A stretch of 63,310 nt of DNA, filler included, from Bigelowiella natans CCMP2755 (GCA_000320545.1; 5 parts of 5 records of this genome joined end to end with filler, not necessarily neighbours in it); one strand, 5' to 3'; shown: positions 1-13,172, counted from the first letter of the whole stretch. The notes: generated by a model not told the origin, from the sequence alone. A program made the numbers and translations.

Positions 1-2715
1 AGGGAGAAGTAGGCTATAGCCGAACTAGAGAATAAACCTTCCACAACTACCCGACAGGTCGACTATCACGTGGCGCAAAACATCTTCGCGAAATGCTTTG
101 GACCTGAGTCCATCTGGGTAGATGACGATAATGACGATGGCGTCGGCGACGGTAAGAGCGCTGACCATATACCCGGCCACAGCGGCCACAGACGCCGCAG
201 CAGCAGCTGCCTCCGGGTGCTGGTGACTCATCACGTGCACTTTGCCAAGCACGCAGAAGAGGTGGTCATCATGAAGCGCGGAAGGATCTCGCACCAGGCG
301 CCCTTCGACGCGCTTGACTGGACAGCCCCCGAGCTCGCAAAACTGAGAATTACCCAGACGGAGGAGAAAGAGGAGGGTAAGAAGGAGAGCAAGAGCAACA
401 ACAACAATAACCAGGCGAGAGCGGCGAAGAAGGAACAGCCGCTATCGAGGTTGGAGGGGGGACGGCAGAGCAGTGACCACCACCGACAACAACAGCAAGA
501 ACACGGCTCCTTCCGCAACATGCATCAGGCCAAGGAGGAGGACGCTAAGACGCACACTAATAACACGCTAAGGCGGCGGCAGCCGCAACAGCAGCAGCAG
601 CAGCAGGTCGAGCTGACTGCGATGAAGGAGGGGGGGAAGGGGGGCAGTAGGAAGAAGCCAGCCGGCAGCAAGTACGGCCACGAGACCGCCGCGCAGAGCG
701 CCGACCTGCAGATGGGCGCGCGCAAGCAAAGCATCATTGTTGATGAAAAGCAGGACGAGGGCGCGGTATCTTTGAAGAGCTACGACGCGATCCCTACAGC
801 CACTGGGAACGGCGCGCGGTGCATTGGATATACCATCTGGATCCTGCTCCTCAGCCTTATGATGGCCGGGCAGGCTCTGATCACCACGATCGAAGTCATG
901 CTTGGCGAGTGGGCGCGCGCGGATGCGGAGGACCAGAGGGGCTCCTTCTGGCCAACCCTCATGATCAGCCTCCTCTTCAGCGCGATTGTGATAGCAATAA
1001 GCCGCTCTCTCGCGCTGTTCGAAACCGTGCTGCACGCGTCACGAAACCTGCACAGGTCTATGCTCATGGGCGTTGTCTTGTCGCCCTCCTCGTGGCTGCA
1101 GAGCCAGCCCGTCGGCCGCGTGCTGAACCGCTTCTCCCAGGACACCGCGACGGTGGACGAGCTGTTCCCGCTCACTCTCCACGACTTTCTCCAGTGCTCG
1201 CTGCTCATCCTGGCGGCGGGCGTGCTGCTGTTCGCGGCGTCCTGGTGGATGCTTTTGTTCTTGGCGCCCACCGTGCCGCTGTTTCTGCGGATCCGCAGGA
1301 AGTATGTGGCCTCCTCCCGCGAGTTGAAGAGGCTGGACGGGACGACGCGCTCCCCGCAGTATGCGCATTTTGGCGCCACGCTGCAGGGCCTCAGCACCAT
1401 TCGCGCGTTCGGCCGCGGCGGCGCGTTCCTCTCTGAGTTTTACGAGCTTGTGGACGCCAACTGCCGGACCACGATCATCTTCGAGGCGGCGGCGCGCTGG
1501 CTGGCGTTTCGGCTGGACATGCTCGCCGCGCTGTTCGTGATCTCTGCGCCCATCCTCTTCGTCGCGCTCCGGGAGAGCATCGACCCCGCCCTGGCCGGGG
1601 TGGCGCTTGTCTACGCCATCGGAATGAACGCGCTGTTCCCGTGGATGGTGAGGCAGAGCGCGGAGGTGGAGAACCTGATGACGTCTGTGGAGCGAATCTA
1701 CGAGTACACGCAGCTGAAGAGAGAGGAGCCCCTGCCGTCGCAGGAGGTCGCAAGGAAGGAACGAGAGCTGGCGGAGAGGGAGTGGCCTCAAAAGGGGCAC
1801 ATCGAGTTCCGCGGCCTACGAGCGAGGTACGGCGCAACGCTCCCTCTCGTCCTCAAGTCGCTGTCGTTCACCATAAAAGCGGGGGAGGTGGTTGGAATCT
1901 GCGGCCGCAGCGGCAGCGGCAAGTCGACGCTGTTCGGCGTGCTCTTTCGGCTGCTGGACAAGGAGTGCATATCGGGCGGATATCTCATCGACGGGGAGGA
2001 AACCGGAGCGCTGCCGCTGTCGTCTCTGCGGAGACGGCTTTCTGTGGTCCCCCAAGAACCCGTTCTCATGAGCGGCTCGCTCCGATACAATCTCGATCCC
2101 TTCGACGTGCACAGCGACGAGGAGATCGTGAGTGCGCTGAAGAAAGTCGGCTTAGAAGGTAATTCTCAGCGCGACTCGAGCCCGCCCGCTGCATGCTCAG
2201 GCGAAGTGCGGAATGCACGCTCGCTACTGCTACGCTCGCTGTGCTGGCGGCAATGCTAGAATGGTTGGATTGCAATGCCGAGGAAGCGGTGGTTGTCGAT
2301 GACATCGTTCCCTCCCGCGTTTCAGCTGATATGAATGCTGTTGTGATGGAGTAGGCATGTCGCAAGAGCTTGATCAGATAATGGCGGAGTTCGGAACCAA
2401 TCTCTCCGTCGGGGAGAGCCAGCTGCTGTGTGTCGCACGCGCTCTGCTGCAGCCCTCAAAGGTAGGCATGACTGCGCACGTCTGCTGCTAGGGAGCTCCC
2501 CCCCCCCCCGCAGCAGATTCAGTGCTGAATAGGATGCTGGTCGATAGGAGTATGCATGTTTCCCAGAGCAGTGTTCTTATGGTATAAGAATGAGGTTCCT
2601 TTTTTGGTTAATATTCAAGGGTTTGTCGTTGATTTCTCGTAATCGTCATCACACTATTACTCGCCATTTTTCGCCTCTTTGAAAATCTTTACGTGTCTCT
2701 TGCAACCTTGCTGCC

Positions 2716-2770
<55 letters not shown>

Positions 2771-3820
2771 ACACGCTAGATACTCTTGATCGATGAGGCT
2801 ACTGCCCACGTCGACGCGCACACAGACACCAAGATCCAGAAGGTTAATTTTCTACGATTATTCGCGAGTTGCAGTGAATGTATCATCCACCGCATTTCTC
2901 GATCGTTGTAGGTATTGCGATCTGAGTTTAAAGGACGCACTATCCTGATCATAGCGCATCGGCTTCACACCATCATGCACTGCGACAGGTGGTGGAATCC
3001 AAAAAGCGAGCGAGCGAATCACGAAAAGATGACGATTAATATGATGATCGTGGCGGTGGTGGTGGTGGTGGTGGTGGCGGTGGTGGTGGTTGTGGTTACT
3101 AGTGATTTTGTCCGCGGCATGCCCAGCAGTATACTGCGGACAATCTTTGCCGGTAGGAGTATTGTATGTTATCGGCCAGAATGCAAATGGGGGAGGAAGG
3201 GGGAGCTTTTGAATTCGATATTGACCGAGATAGAGATGATGATGATGAGTGCGTGCGTGCGTGCGTGCTTTAGTCTTACAAGACACCACGGCCATGTGAG
3301 CAGGCATGACGGCTGTGGTTTGTTTTGTAGCTTATTTGCCAGTGTCGATGCAGAAGTGATATTTGATATTCCATCGTAGTTGTGATCTTTTGCTGAGTGC
3401 AAAACTGTGTCCTACAGGGTGATGGTCATTGACAAAGGCGACATCGTGGAATTCGATAATCCTGCAACCCTTCTCAAGAAAGAGGCATCAATTCTTTAAA
3501 TAACATTGAGTGTTTATGATGACTGGATAACTTGTTTGTTTGCTGTCTACGATGTCTGTTTTATTAGAATTTTGATACAATACGGCTAACACGATACTGC
3601 TTCTATCCTCTACTTTTTCTTCCTCCTCAAATTTATCTAGGGCGGAGCATTCCGCCGGCTTCGTGACCAGGGTCTATCATCATCTTCATCGTCTTCATCG
3701 CTATCACCGCTATTAGATGCTGCCGCTGCTGACAGTAGTAGTCCCCCGACCATTAACAATCAGGACTTGGTGCTTCTACCAGCTGGTCAGCAGACTGCTA
3801 AAACTACAAGCACAATCTAA
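1..3820 (+). CDS. ABCC/MRP-family ABC transporter, 3' half (end of NBD1, TMD2, NBD2); 5' part outside window
   Basis: Large exon ~58-2158 with GRVLNRFSQD, RELKRLDGTTRSP, SVERIYEY and Walker A GRSGSGKST. Downstream exons give signature NLSVGESQLLCVARALL (2355-2461), Walker B ILLIDEATAHVD (2780-2842), IAHRLHTI (2912-2988), VMVIDKGDIVEFDNP (3418-3484) and GGAFRRL..TAA 3820. Confidence 0.93.
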
Positions 3821-4659
3821 TCTAGATGTAATTCCGGAAAGAGTGATCGCCACATGCGAGCTTCCATGATTTGCGCTTGCTTCCATGATTTGCGCTTGAG
3901 AAATGATCAACATCTAAATCTAGAAATGACAAAAATTCTAACACATGAGAGTTGGTGTACTGTTTCGAAAGCTCATGTGACGTTGAGCTGCGCCTCCATG
4001 CCACCATCGTCAGCTGAAGGTCAGGACGCGCTCTGAGCGGCGGATGCGCCGCTGTGATCTGTCTAATGTCAGATCAGGTCCGCATGTTCACGTGCAGCGA
4101 GCGGCATCACAGTGCACTTGCCAGATTGCCATGTTCCAAACGTGCAACCTGAGGCCACACTCAGCAGTGAGCGCCTCCAGGCTGTGCGATTCACCTGTGC
4201 GTTCGTGTGTGATGGGGCCTCACGTGCCAGCTTGCGTACTCACACCTCACACAGTGACTTGAAGTCTTTTCCACCTCTGTTGTGAACAAAACAAATCGAC
4301 TTTTGAGGTCATTGCATTGCGCCCCCTCCAGCCTGGTGTGTTCCACACTTCTGAATCAAGAGTCGTTCCTGGATGAATGAACAAAGTGATTCCAATGGAG
4401 CGGTTGAGGGTTGAAGGAATGTGAATGAATGATGTCAATGAATCAATGAAGAATGAGATGTGTGCATGAATGGTCAAATGAATGAAGCAATTTCACAACA
4501 GCTGGGGGGGGGGGGAATGCAGGATGCCCTTTCAAGGCCGCCTGGAGAAACAAACACAAATTGACATTTTTTGCGGGTGCAAAAAATCGGGTCGCTTTTT
4601 TAGCAAGTCGCGCGAGTCTTTTCGCCTGGAATCCTAGGCGAAAAAGAAGGGAATGAAAA

Positions 4660-7054
4660 ATGGGTGCCAACCGGTCCAGAGGCGGACTCGCTGGCCACAC
4701 CGTGGACAAAAAGGAACGGATCCTGAAGGATTCTGGGAGGAAGGAAAAAGGCGAGGGAGAAAGGAGAAAGTGTGGTAATGTATCGACCAGGAGGAACAAT
4801 GAACGAATCTTGCGGGGTCGGAATCCCCACAATGGACAGCTACTTCGCGCTCGCGAAATCTCTCTGAAAGAATACGATGCAAAGAATACAAAAGGGGCAT
4901 CTACATCCATTGATCAAAAACGTTCATTTGGAACAGCGATGGAAACAAAAAAGAAAATGAGAGACGATTCTCGAACTCAAAGCCATGCAAATTCTATTCA
5001 TGTAGTGTGGCAACGATTTCATTGGGCTGAAATGCCCAAACACTTGAGTCATTACAAGATTATAGAAGGGCAAGGGCATGAATGGCATGAAGATATACTT
5101 CCAACAAATAAGTATTTCATTTAAATCTCATAGGTACATGACAAATTTAAGCTATATGTTTTCAACAGATACATCAGCTACATTCAGACAGTCGGGATAT
5201 CTACCCACAATTTCAATGTGGGTGACAAAATAGAATTTCAAGACGATTCTAAGCTGTGGACATTTGCAGAGATTGTTGCGAGAGAGAAATATTTATATCA
5301 AGTAAAGTTAATGGATCCTGCTCACAAAGACAAAATTGTTGGCGGAGAGAAAGATGGGGATATGTGGATCCACAAAAATTCTTCTCGACTTAGAGCTGTT
5401 TTCACAGGTTATCTGAACGTTTGACAGAGGCGTATACTAGCTTCTAAGCTTTAACTGTTCCATGTGCTTGTTAAAATAGGATTGACGAAGGAAACCGACG
5501 ACGTGTCTTTCGAGTCAATCCAGTTGCAAGACATTGTGAGCGTTAGGTATGGAGATGATGATATGTGGGAGCCAGCGAGAATAATAAGTAAGTCTGTTGA
5601 AGCGGGACACGTTGTAGCTCAATTTGTCGACCAGACTAAATTAGTTCAACAAAAAATCATACGTGTGATGGACTTCAAAGAACAAGTCCGCAACCTTAAC
5701 AACGACGAGATTCAGCAAGAACTCTCACGTGGAAAGCTTTATCAAAAATCTCTCGAGAGTATCGGCCTTCGAATGAAAAAGATGAGTCACGATGGAACTC
5801 ATTCTTTGTACCGAGCGTTAGCACATCAGATATATGGAACGGAAACAAATTACAAAGCTATTCGTCTCAAATGCAACCAACACATTCTACTGCACAAGGA
5901 TTACTTTCAGCATTTTGTTGATGTACGTATTCAGTCACTCTATGCAAAATACACCAAATGAACAATCTGCTGTGTATTTCAGGTGCAATTTGAAAGGGTA
6001 GTTAATGTTAATGATTTCAATTGTATTATCAACCACAACGAACAATGTTTTCTAGTACATGGCATGGAAGCGAAAAGGGGCAATCAAGGATGATTTTTAT
6101 AGCCCAGGGGATCACCTTGATATACAGGCAGTTGCAGAGATTTACGATTGCAGGTCTGTAGTTCTTCTAAATTGGAAGTATCTTGCTTGAAACTTTAAAT
6201 TAAACAATTTGATCGCAGCATTGTAATTTACTCGGAACTTGCAGGTCGTTTATCTTGACAGCATTCTGTTTAAGTTGTAAGTCATGGTTGTATCGCCAGA
6301 TCGGTTGTTGGATGGAATCACATTTTATCCCACGACGCTCCAGAGATTCAAAAGACTTCCACAAATTAAATTGTCATATGCAGGCAATATGAGATACGAT
6401 TCTCTGTTTGATTCCTCTGGTGTACCCATCAAAGTAAAATCATTCGATATGAAAGATGAAGTCAACCTCAGCCAGCTTGAAAACAATAACAAATCTGTTG
6501 TCCTTTCGAACAGAAGAGCTGAATTTAGACAAATGTGTCAACGCGTCTCTTCTGCAGCTTCTAGTAGCTTCCACATTAGCCATTTAAACACTTTGAAAAC
6601 AGTTGCTGAAAGTCATCCAAAAACTGTTACCTGTGTTTATTTAAAAGCAGCTTGTACATGTACATTCAAAATTGATCAAATTCGATCGAGAGGAAAGCAA
6701 TTGTATTACCTATTAAAAAACGTTGGGATTCAATTAGAAGGAATTACTCCATCTGATTGTGGCATCAAACTTTTGGGACTTTTGACGTCGAATGAAGATG
6801 AAAGTACGAAAGAGTTTCAGTCAGAAGTAGGTAGCGAAACGTGGTCAAAAAGAATGACAAACGACAACGAGAGTCCTACTTTGCAGATCAACTTCAAGAA
6901 TCCAGGACGAGAAGGTCCTTCAAATTTGATCGTGGAAATCAAGGGGGAATCAAGGGATGCAGAACATGTTCAGGTTCATCTTGAAAAATATTTGGAAACT
7001 GAATTTGAACAACAAAGTGTTGCTAAATTTGCAATCGACCATTCGGAGGCTTAG
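4660..7054 (+). CDS. Multi-exon protein with Tudor/Agenet-like repeats and an OTU-like domain with substituted catalytic residues
   Basis: Canonical GT-AG joins link ORFs 4660, 5218, 5464 and 6284. OTU motifs HDGTHSLYRALAHQIYG, PGDHLDIQAVAEIYD and IKLSYAGNMRYDSL. Tudor-like FNVGDKIEFQDDSKLWTFAEIV and LQDIVSVRYGDDDMWEPARII. Confidence 0.72.
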
Positions 7055-7861
7055 TTCAAGTAGTCGTCTGATGTGAAAGTAGGCATAATCAATGTGCGTC
7101 ACATCACAACATTGCGCATGCAATCAACTGCCTTGCACAGAACCCGTCGCAACGTAGTCTGGCCACGTTGTGTCCGTCTAGACAAATTGTGCGTGGTCAA
7201 TGTGTGTGCACATGCACGAGCGCACGATGGAGCGCCATGCATGGCTTGCATGCATCACACTGCTGTGTGCAGCGTTAGCCTAGCTAGCTAGGCTAGTAGA
7301 CTGCGATCTAGACTGCTAGAACGTCGATCACACCGCAAGTTAGCAAGGTGAGACACCATGTGGTGGTCATGCTAGCATGTGCGACGCATTGCTAGATTGA
7401 GGTACCTCTGCCCTACATGAAGGTCACCATTGAACAAATTTAATTTGATTGATTACATCCGTACAATTACATGTCTGTCATTACATCCGTCTGCCTCTAC
7501 CCTCTCTAGCTAGCTAGCTCTCCCCACACATATGCTAGCATGCATGCAGCGATGTTGTTCATGTGCATGTACAGCTAGATGTAACAGTAGACGCGAATGT
7601 TTGGCACAATCTAGACATCATTGTTGCGCAGTCACTTTTGCACATCATGCTCAAGGCTCACCACACATACACTAAGCTCTAGAGCTAGTAAGTACATGTC
7701 AGTCTTGATGTCAACAATATTGTAACAACTATGCGATATTACTTGCAGAAAAGGCATGCATACAGCATCTATGTATGTGTATGTACAATCGATTCGATGC
7801 AACACAATCTACTACAGTTGAATACAATCTAATCGCTATTATTCCAATCAGGTATTTAACG

Positions 7862-10077
7862 TTACGACGTGTTTAATTCATGCTCGGTCATAAACTTCGG
7901 TCCACCAGGAAGCTGTGCCTCCCGGAATACTCTCTGTTCCCACGAGTTTATGTCGAAGTAGATTATCGTGTTGCGATCATATCCATGCTGGCTAATAGCA
8001 GTTTCGCTTGGTCGCGTGAACCACATTTTTAACTCTTTGTGATATCTCCAATCCCGATTGTACCTGCGAAATATTTGAGTAAATGATGACGAAAAGAAAA
8101 ATTTGTAGGGAGAAGAAAACTTACAGTTCCTTTGCAGCGTAAACTTGAAGCGTGTCCTTAGGCATATTATAGAAGATGTAAAATAGTGTATACAGCTTGA
8201 ATTTCCCGAGATGCGAGGTCTTCAACGCAGGAGGTTGCATGTAATAACAATATGGGAGCACAAAATCCGGTTCTCTTCGACAAGGGTTTTCCGAACAAGG
8301 GTAGGCAAATGTCGCGTACAAAGAACTAAGTGGTTATTAAATCAAAACGTGGCCAGTTAGATTGCAAACGTTCGGGAAAGGACGGAAAATACTCAAAATT
8401 AGATTTTGAAAATGAAGCGGGAAAAAGTAATGGCTTTGTTCTATTGTCACAAACTATCATTACCACAAATATATATGAATTACAATCAGTTGAAGCATTT
8501 TTCATAGAAATGGGACGTTTTTCTTACTCTGAAGAGTTGAGGTTGAGGCCCAATTTCGTTAAATCCGTCCCTAATGCTAGCATATTGAGCGCTGGATCCG
8601 TCATCCGTATGACACTTAATAAACCCTTCAGTCCGTACTGCTCAGCTCTATTACCCGGTGAAGATGACTTCCCTTCTTGTTCCTGGATTAGGGATAAAGA
8701 CAATCAGTCACCAAAATTCTCATTGGATCCGAATGATTCACAAATGGAAATGAAAATGAACGAAAACAGCAAGCCCACCTTCCGCCCGGTGAAACCCGAA
8801 GAATCCACAAACTTTCGAGACGTAATTCCACCATTGATCTTCTTGTTTGAATCCGGCTAATCACGGTATTGATTTTCAGGATTGATCAAGATGCATTCTT
8901 CATTTTATCTACTCTCACGCCTCGATCTATTCTGACGCCATTTCCGACGAAAGGGATTACCATGCTGGCTTGCAGTCGGCTGTGAACGCTCATACTATTG
9001 TCTGATCTTGACTTTAAAGACGGCAGCGCAGGGAAGTCGTCGTTGTTCTGGATAAAGTCGGAGTTTGGATGATCTGAGGAGGTATGTATGCTTTTGCCAT
9101 CCTGGACGGTCTCGATATCGAGCAGATTTGGCCACCACATGCCGCGGCCTGTGAAAAAATGTCCATCATTTGAGGGTTGGAAGTGATGATTAAAGTAGTA
9201 GCTCTTCATATTTTAAAAACAAATAGCAGTCTATCGACATACCTCCTTGGCCATCCTCCGCCTTCATCTTCCCCCTACTTTTAGTTTAATTAACACAATA
9301 ACCTTGATGTTAGTTTACTGTTTAGCAGACAGGAGGCAAAGAGTCTTACCTTGATTCTTGCATCATCACAGATTGATCTACACCATGGCTCATTCCCATC
9401 GCATCCAAATCCCCCTTACCCATCAGCATACCTAAATAAAAGTAATTGAAGCTCAAAAAAATGGCGAGGAGTTTCAGAATGATTCTCAGTCACCTGCGGC
9501 TGAGGATCCACCGAGAGGGGGAAAATCTCCTATATCGAACCGCGGGGCATGATCAGGGTTGCCTGATCTCGCTAACACTGGAGAAAATATCAATAAACAA
9601 TTTCAAAACTAACAACGCATTGACCATAAGCATCATTAGACACCTATTTAGGCATCTAGTTTGCTTCTCTAAGGTCTCCCTCCATCGAAATCAACATTCC
9701 ACCCCTTGTTGAAACCCCAAAATATATTCTTAAAAAAGATGTATTGGGAAATTTTGAGTGTGAAGCGGATGTGGTGGATGACGGAAGCCAGTATTGATGG
9801 CCGCAAATACCTTCACTGTGTGACAGGTCCATCAGCCCACGATGCTGCATGATACTGCCACCACTATAATACCAACCCTGAAAATTTTACTACGATATTC
9901 CTCGTTTTCTTGGGCGGTGATGAGGGGGGGGGGGAGAGAGTTTCGAGCGTCTTTCTTTCTTTCCCCCAGACAGGTTGAGATTACAAAAGCCTTGAGTTGG
10001 GAAAGCATTGATAGCTTTACCTTGTCATTTTTTATTTGAGACATCATATTATCATTGTCTCTCTTCGTCAACCGCAT
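7862..10077 (-). CDS. CNOT2: CCR4-NOT complex subunit 2 (NOT2/3/5 box)
   Basis: QYGLKGLLSVIRMTDPALNMLALGTDLTKLGLNLNSSE, LYATFAYP, EPDFVLPYCY, TLFYIFYNMPKDTLQVYAAKEL|YNRDWRYHKELKMWF, IYFDINSWE; stop at 7862; 5' exons and start approximate. Confidence 0.9.
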
Positions 10078-11637
10078 GATTTCAGGGACATATCTAAAAT
10101 ATAATCAAGTAGCAGTACTTTTGAAAATTCCTTCGCTGAGGAAATAGCGGGCATAAGACAATGATCCTGAAAAGCGGTGTGTAAAGGCTCTCAGAGTGGA
10201 GACTACGACATCAATACATGCAAGTCGTAATATGCATATTATGGAGACTTTCGATGTCCCTCGCCCAAGGAATTGTGTTTAAATTCTGCTTTAGTTTCAG
10301 GATGAGCAGCAAGATCTATCAAAATCATTATTTGTAAGCCACATACTTACAACGACTTACATTAATTGTATGTATAATGTTATTTCGAGTTGAGGAAGAA
10401 GCCTGTCTCTCTCTTTATGTTCTGATTCATATCAGAATCCCGAGATGCGTGTAGTTCGTTTATTGCGACAAGGATTTGCGTTGTCGTCAAAGGAAAATTC
10501 TATGGATTGTTGGCGAACATTGGATGCCCACCATTCATTCACTTCTTCCACTTCATCACAGTTTGCCATGGTCTGGATGCGAGCCCCTGCATTTGTGAAC
10601 ACGTGTGCCGCAGACCTCAATGCATCTCACATTGCACGCTCGATGATGCCATTTGAATAAAGCCATTTTTCTGCCATTAATATTATTCATTCGTTGCGGG
10701 TTGCCTTTCGCAGCACTCCTAGACTCACACATCTGTGCAATGCTGGAATGGTGGCTGAAAACGCACAGCTGCACACACACACACACACACACACACAGCG
10801 CTAGCGCTAGACAGGCTCAGTGCAATTGGCTCGGTGATTGAAACCAGTCCCGCTGTGCAATGAACATGCATGGCTTCATCCCATGATGTCAGTGATGGTG
10901 TCATTGAAATGCGCCAGCTAGCCAGCGCAAAATCATCGATCGATGGGCGCATGCACTCACAATGCGACGCAGCTAGCTAGCTAGCTAGGCCTAGAGGCCA
11001 GTGGGGCTGACCTGGCGATGGCAACAACAACGAACGAAAGAGACCAAGTGTGAATCTCTTGCGAACGACGAAAGTGTAACTGCGCTCGTGCAGATGATGA
11101 CATTCACGCACGAACTTGAATGCATGAATGAATGAATGAACAAGTGAAGCAGTTCCAATGCTTGAATGATCGAAAGGATCATCATTGAATTCACGAAGTC
11201 TGGACGTGCAGCCCATGCTGGCATGCACGAAAACGAACACAGTGCGTCACACACACACACACACACACCACAGCCTCATGCACGCACGCACACATCGTGA
11301 CGGATGGACGACAGGATCCGACATTTGAACATCTAGCTCTGTAGCCCTTGCATTGCCACGATTGTTCTCAGTCGTCTAGTCGTGCATTGTTGTAGTGTAT
11401 AAGTGATGCGATCCGCAACTTCTAGACTAGCTTGCACGCTTGTGATTAGCACAAGTGCTTGCGGTCCACAACAAAAGCAGAAGGATTCTTGGCATTCATC
11501 ATTTGTGACATCTGTTCGATTTTTTGTCCAGGACGTCATGATACGCACAATGGTCTACATCGCATGCAACTACAATGAGGTGAACCAAACATTGCTTGCG
11601 TGTTATCCCCTTGACGTTTGGATTTAATTTTTGCGAT

Positions 11638-12450
11638 CTAGGAGTTCTTATATTTCACAGAGAAGCCCGATTTTGTCGCAACAACTTCGACCGGCCTTGA
11701 CTCTCTATCGCACACCTGAATTATTCCATACATGCCCGAGACGCACCAGTCCTGTTAAAAGGGGGGAGGGGGTTATAATTAGTTTAACAAATTCGGGATT
11801 AAGAGGCGCTATCCTTCAAATATTATCGGTGTCTATTAATCACATATGCAAACCTTAGATACTTTTCCTAGCTCCTCCGCTTGCCCCTCCGCCAGCCCGA
11901 TAATAAGCGGAGCCTTGCAGGTTCGTAATGACACCACGGGGCAGGGGAAATAGCTGAAGAAGTAGATCCAACAAGTAATAACGCCCTCAATATCATGAAT
12001 CGCATCATAAATAAGGTAAGAGCTGCAAATTGATGAAGAGAACGGCTTGGGGTTTCCTCGCATAGGAGAATACTTCTCGTACAAAAATTAAAGGTGATCG
12101 ACCTCAGAAAGTCATTGAATTTGAGATCTGGAGGGAGGACATAGTCCCTGGACAAATCGATTCGCACACGACGAACAAAAAGAAACTAATATTCAATCAA
12201 CCTCTCCTCTTCCTTTCACATAGCAATACCAAGCACTCTCAGTGAAATTTTTGGATTTGATAAAACAAGAGCATCAGAAGAAAAAGAAAATTAGAATTAG
12301 GGCATTAGAGTGGCGGAAATGGGAAAAAATTGAAGCTTCCTTCTCCATACCACCCTCATCGTCATCGACAACGGCGACATCACACCAAACATTCATTCTT
12401 CGCACCCAAGCAGCTTTCTGTACATCAGATCCCCCTTGACGAACACCTTC
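11638..12450 (-). CDS. ARMT1: ARMT1/DUF89 damage-control phosphatase, 3' exons (upstream part cut at gap)
   Basis: Spliced: VFVKGDLMYRKLLG|DYVLPPDLKFNDFLS|YFPCPVVSLRTCKAPLIIGLAEGQAEELGKVSK|DWCVSGMYGIIQ..*; matches the family C-terminus KGDLNYRKL..LRTxK..GL..DW..SGxYGxIQ. Confidence 0.85.
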
Positions 12451-12708
12451 GCAAGATGTGCAATGATGACTCACTGAGTGGTGTAGCGTGTTGTCTCATC
12501 AAACGCAAAAGATCTCATCAGTGGCAGTTGAGGAAAGATTGAGGGTGAGTAGCAGTCTTCGATGCTACTAAACTTCTATCCCAAAACACCGAAGATTCTT
12601 CATGGCATATAGTGAAGCAATTTGTGTCTTTAGACAGGAGTTATCAGTGTGATCTACACCGCGTCTACTGCCTACTATCTTCTTTGTTCATTCATCTAAT
12701 GAAGTCGC

Positions 12709-12808
12709 NNNNNNNNNNNNNNNNNNNNNNNNNNNNNNNNNNNNNNNNNNNNTTAATTAATTAANNNNNNNNNNNNNNNNNNNNNNNNNNNNNNNNNNNN
12801 NNNNNNNN
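12709..12808. other. Assembly spacer N44-TTAATTAATTAA-N44
   Basis: Exactly 100 nt; the linker has stops in all six frames; identical at four sites. Confidence 0.97.
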
Positions 12809-12903
12809 TGGGGGGGGGGGGGAGGTTCCCCAAGTCAACCCCAAGAGAGTAAAGATTAAGACGAAGATGTACAATTCAAAGGCGCTTTCTTGTGTGTTTC
12901 AGG

Positions 12904-13172
12904 TCTCGACTGCGCTGGCCAAGGGAACGTAAGGAATTGATTATTCGTCTTCCTATAGTCTCCTCGTGCATATGCCTACTACGTGCATGCGCCCCGCGCC
13001 CCGCACCCCGCTCACTTTAGAATGTATTACGAATGGCAGGATAAGCGACGGCGACATCACTTTGGTACTAGAGCGGCCAGGTAGAGAGCGCAAAGCACAC
13101 CAACCCGATCTATCCACGAATATTTTGTAGCTGGGTATATTGTATTGCAGAATGGTAGGCGAGTGAGCGAGG

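Noticed and set aside
231-2162. Many long overlapping or antisense ORFs
   Set aside because: Shadows of the GC-rich ABCC exon.
2352-2354. In-frame TAG suggesting stop-codon reassignment in ABCC
   Set aside because: It is the splice acceptor; canonical splicing gives GLEGMSQELDQIMAEFG.
8330-8860. 176-aa plus-strand ORF
   Set aside because: Antisense to CNOT2 exons.
12753-12764. TTAATTAATTAA palindrome repeated four times in the window
   Set aside because: Always centred in 100-nt N runs; an artificial six-frame-stop linker. Adjacency across it carries no biological meaning.
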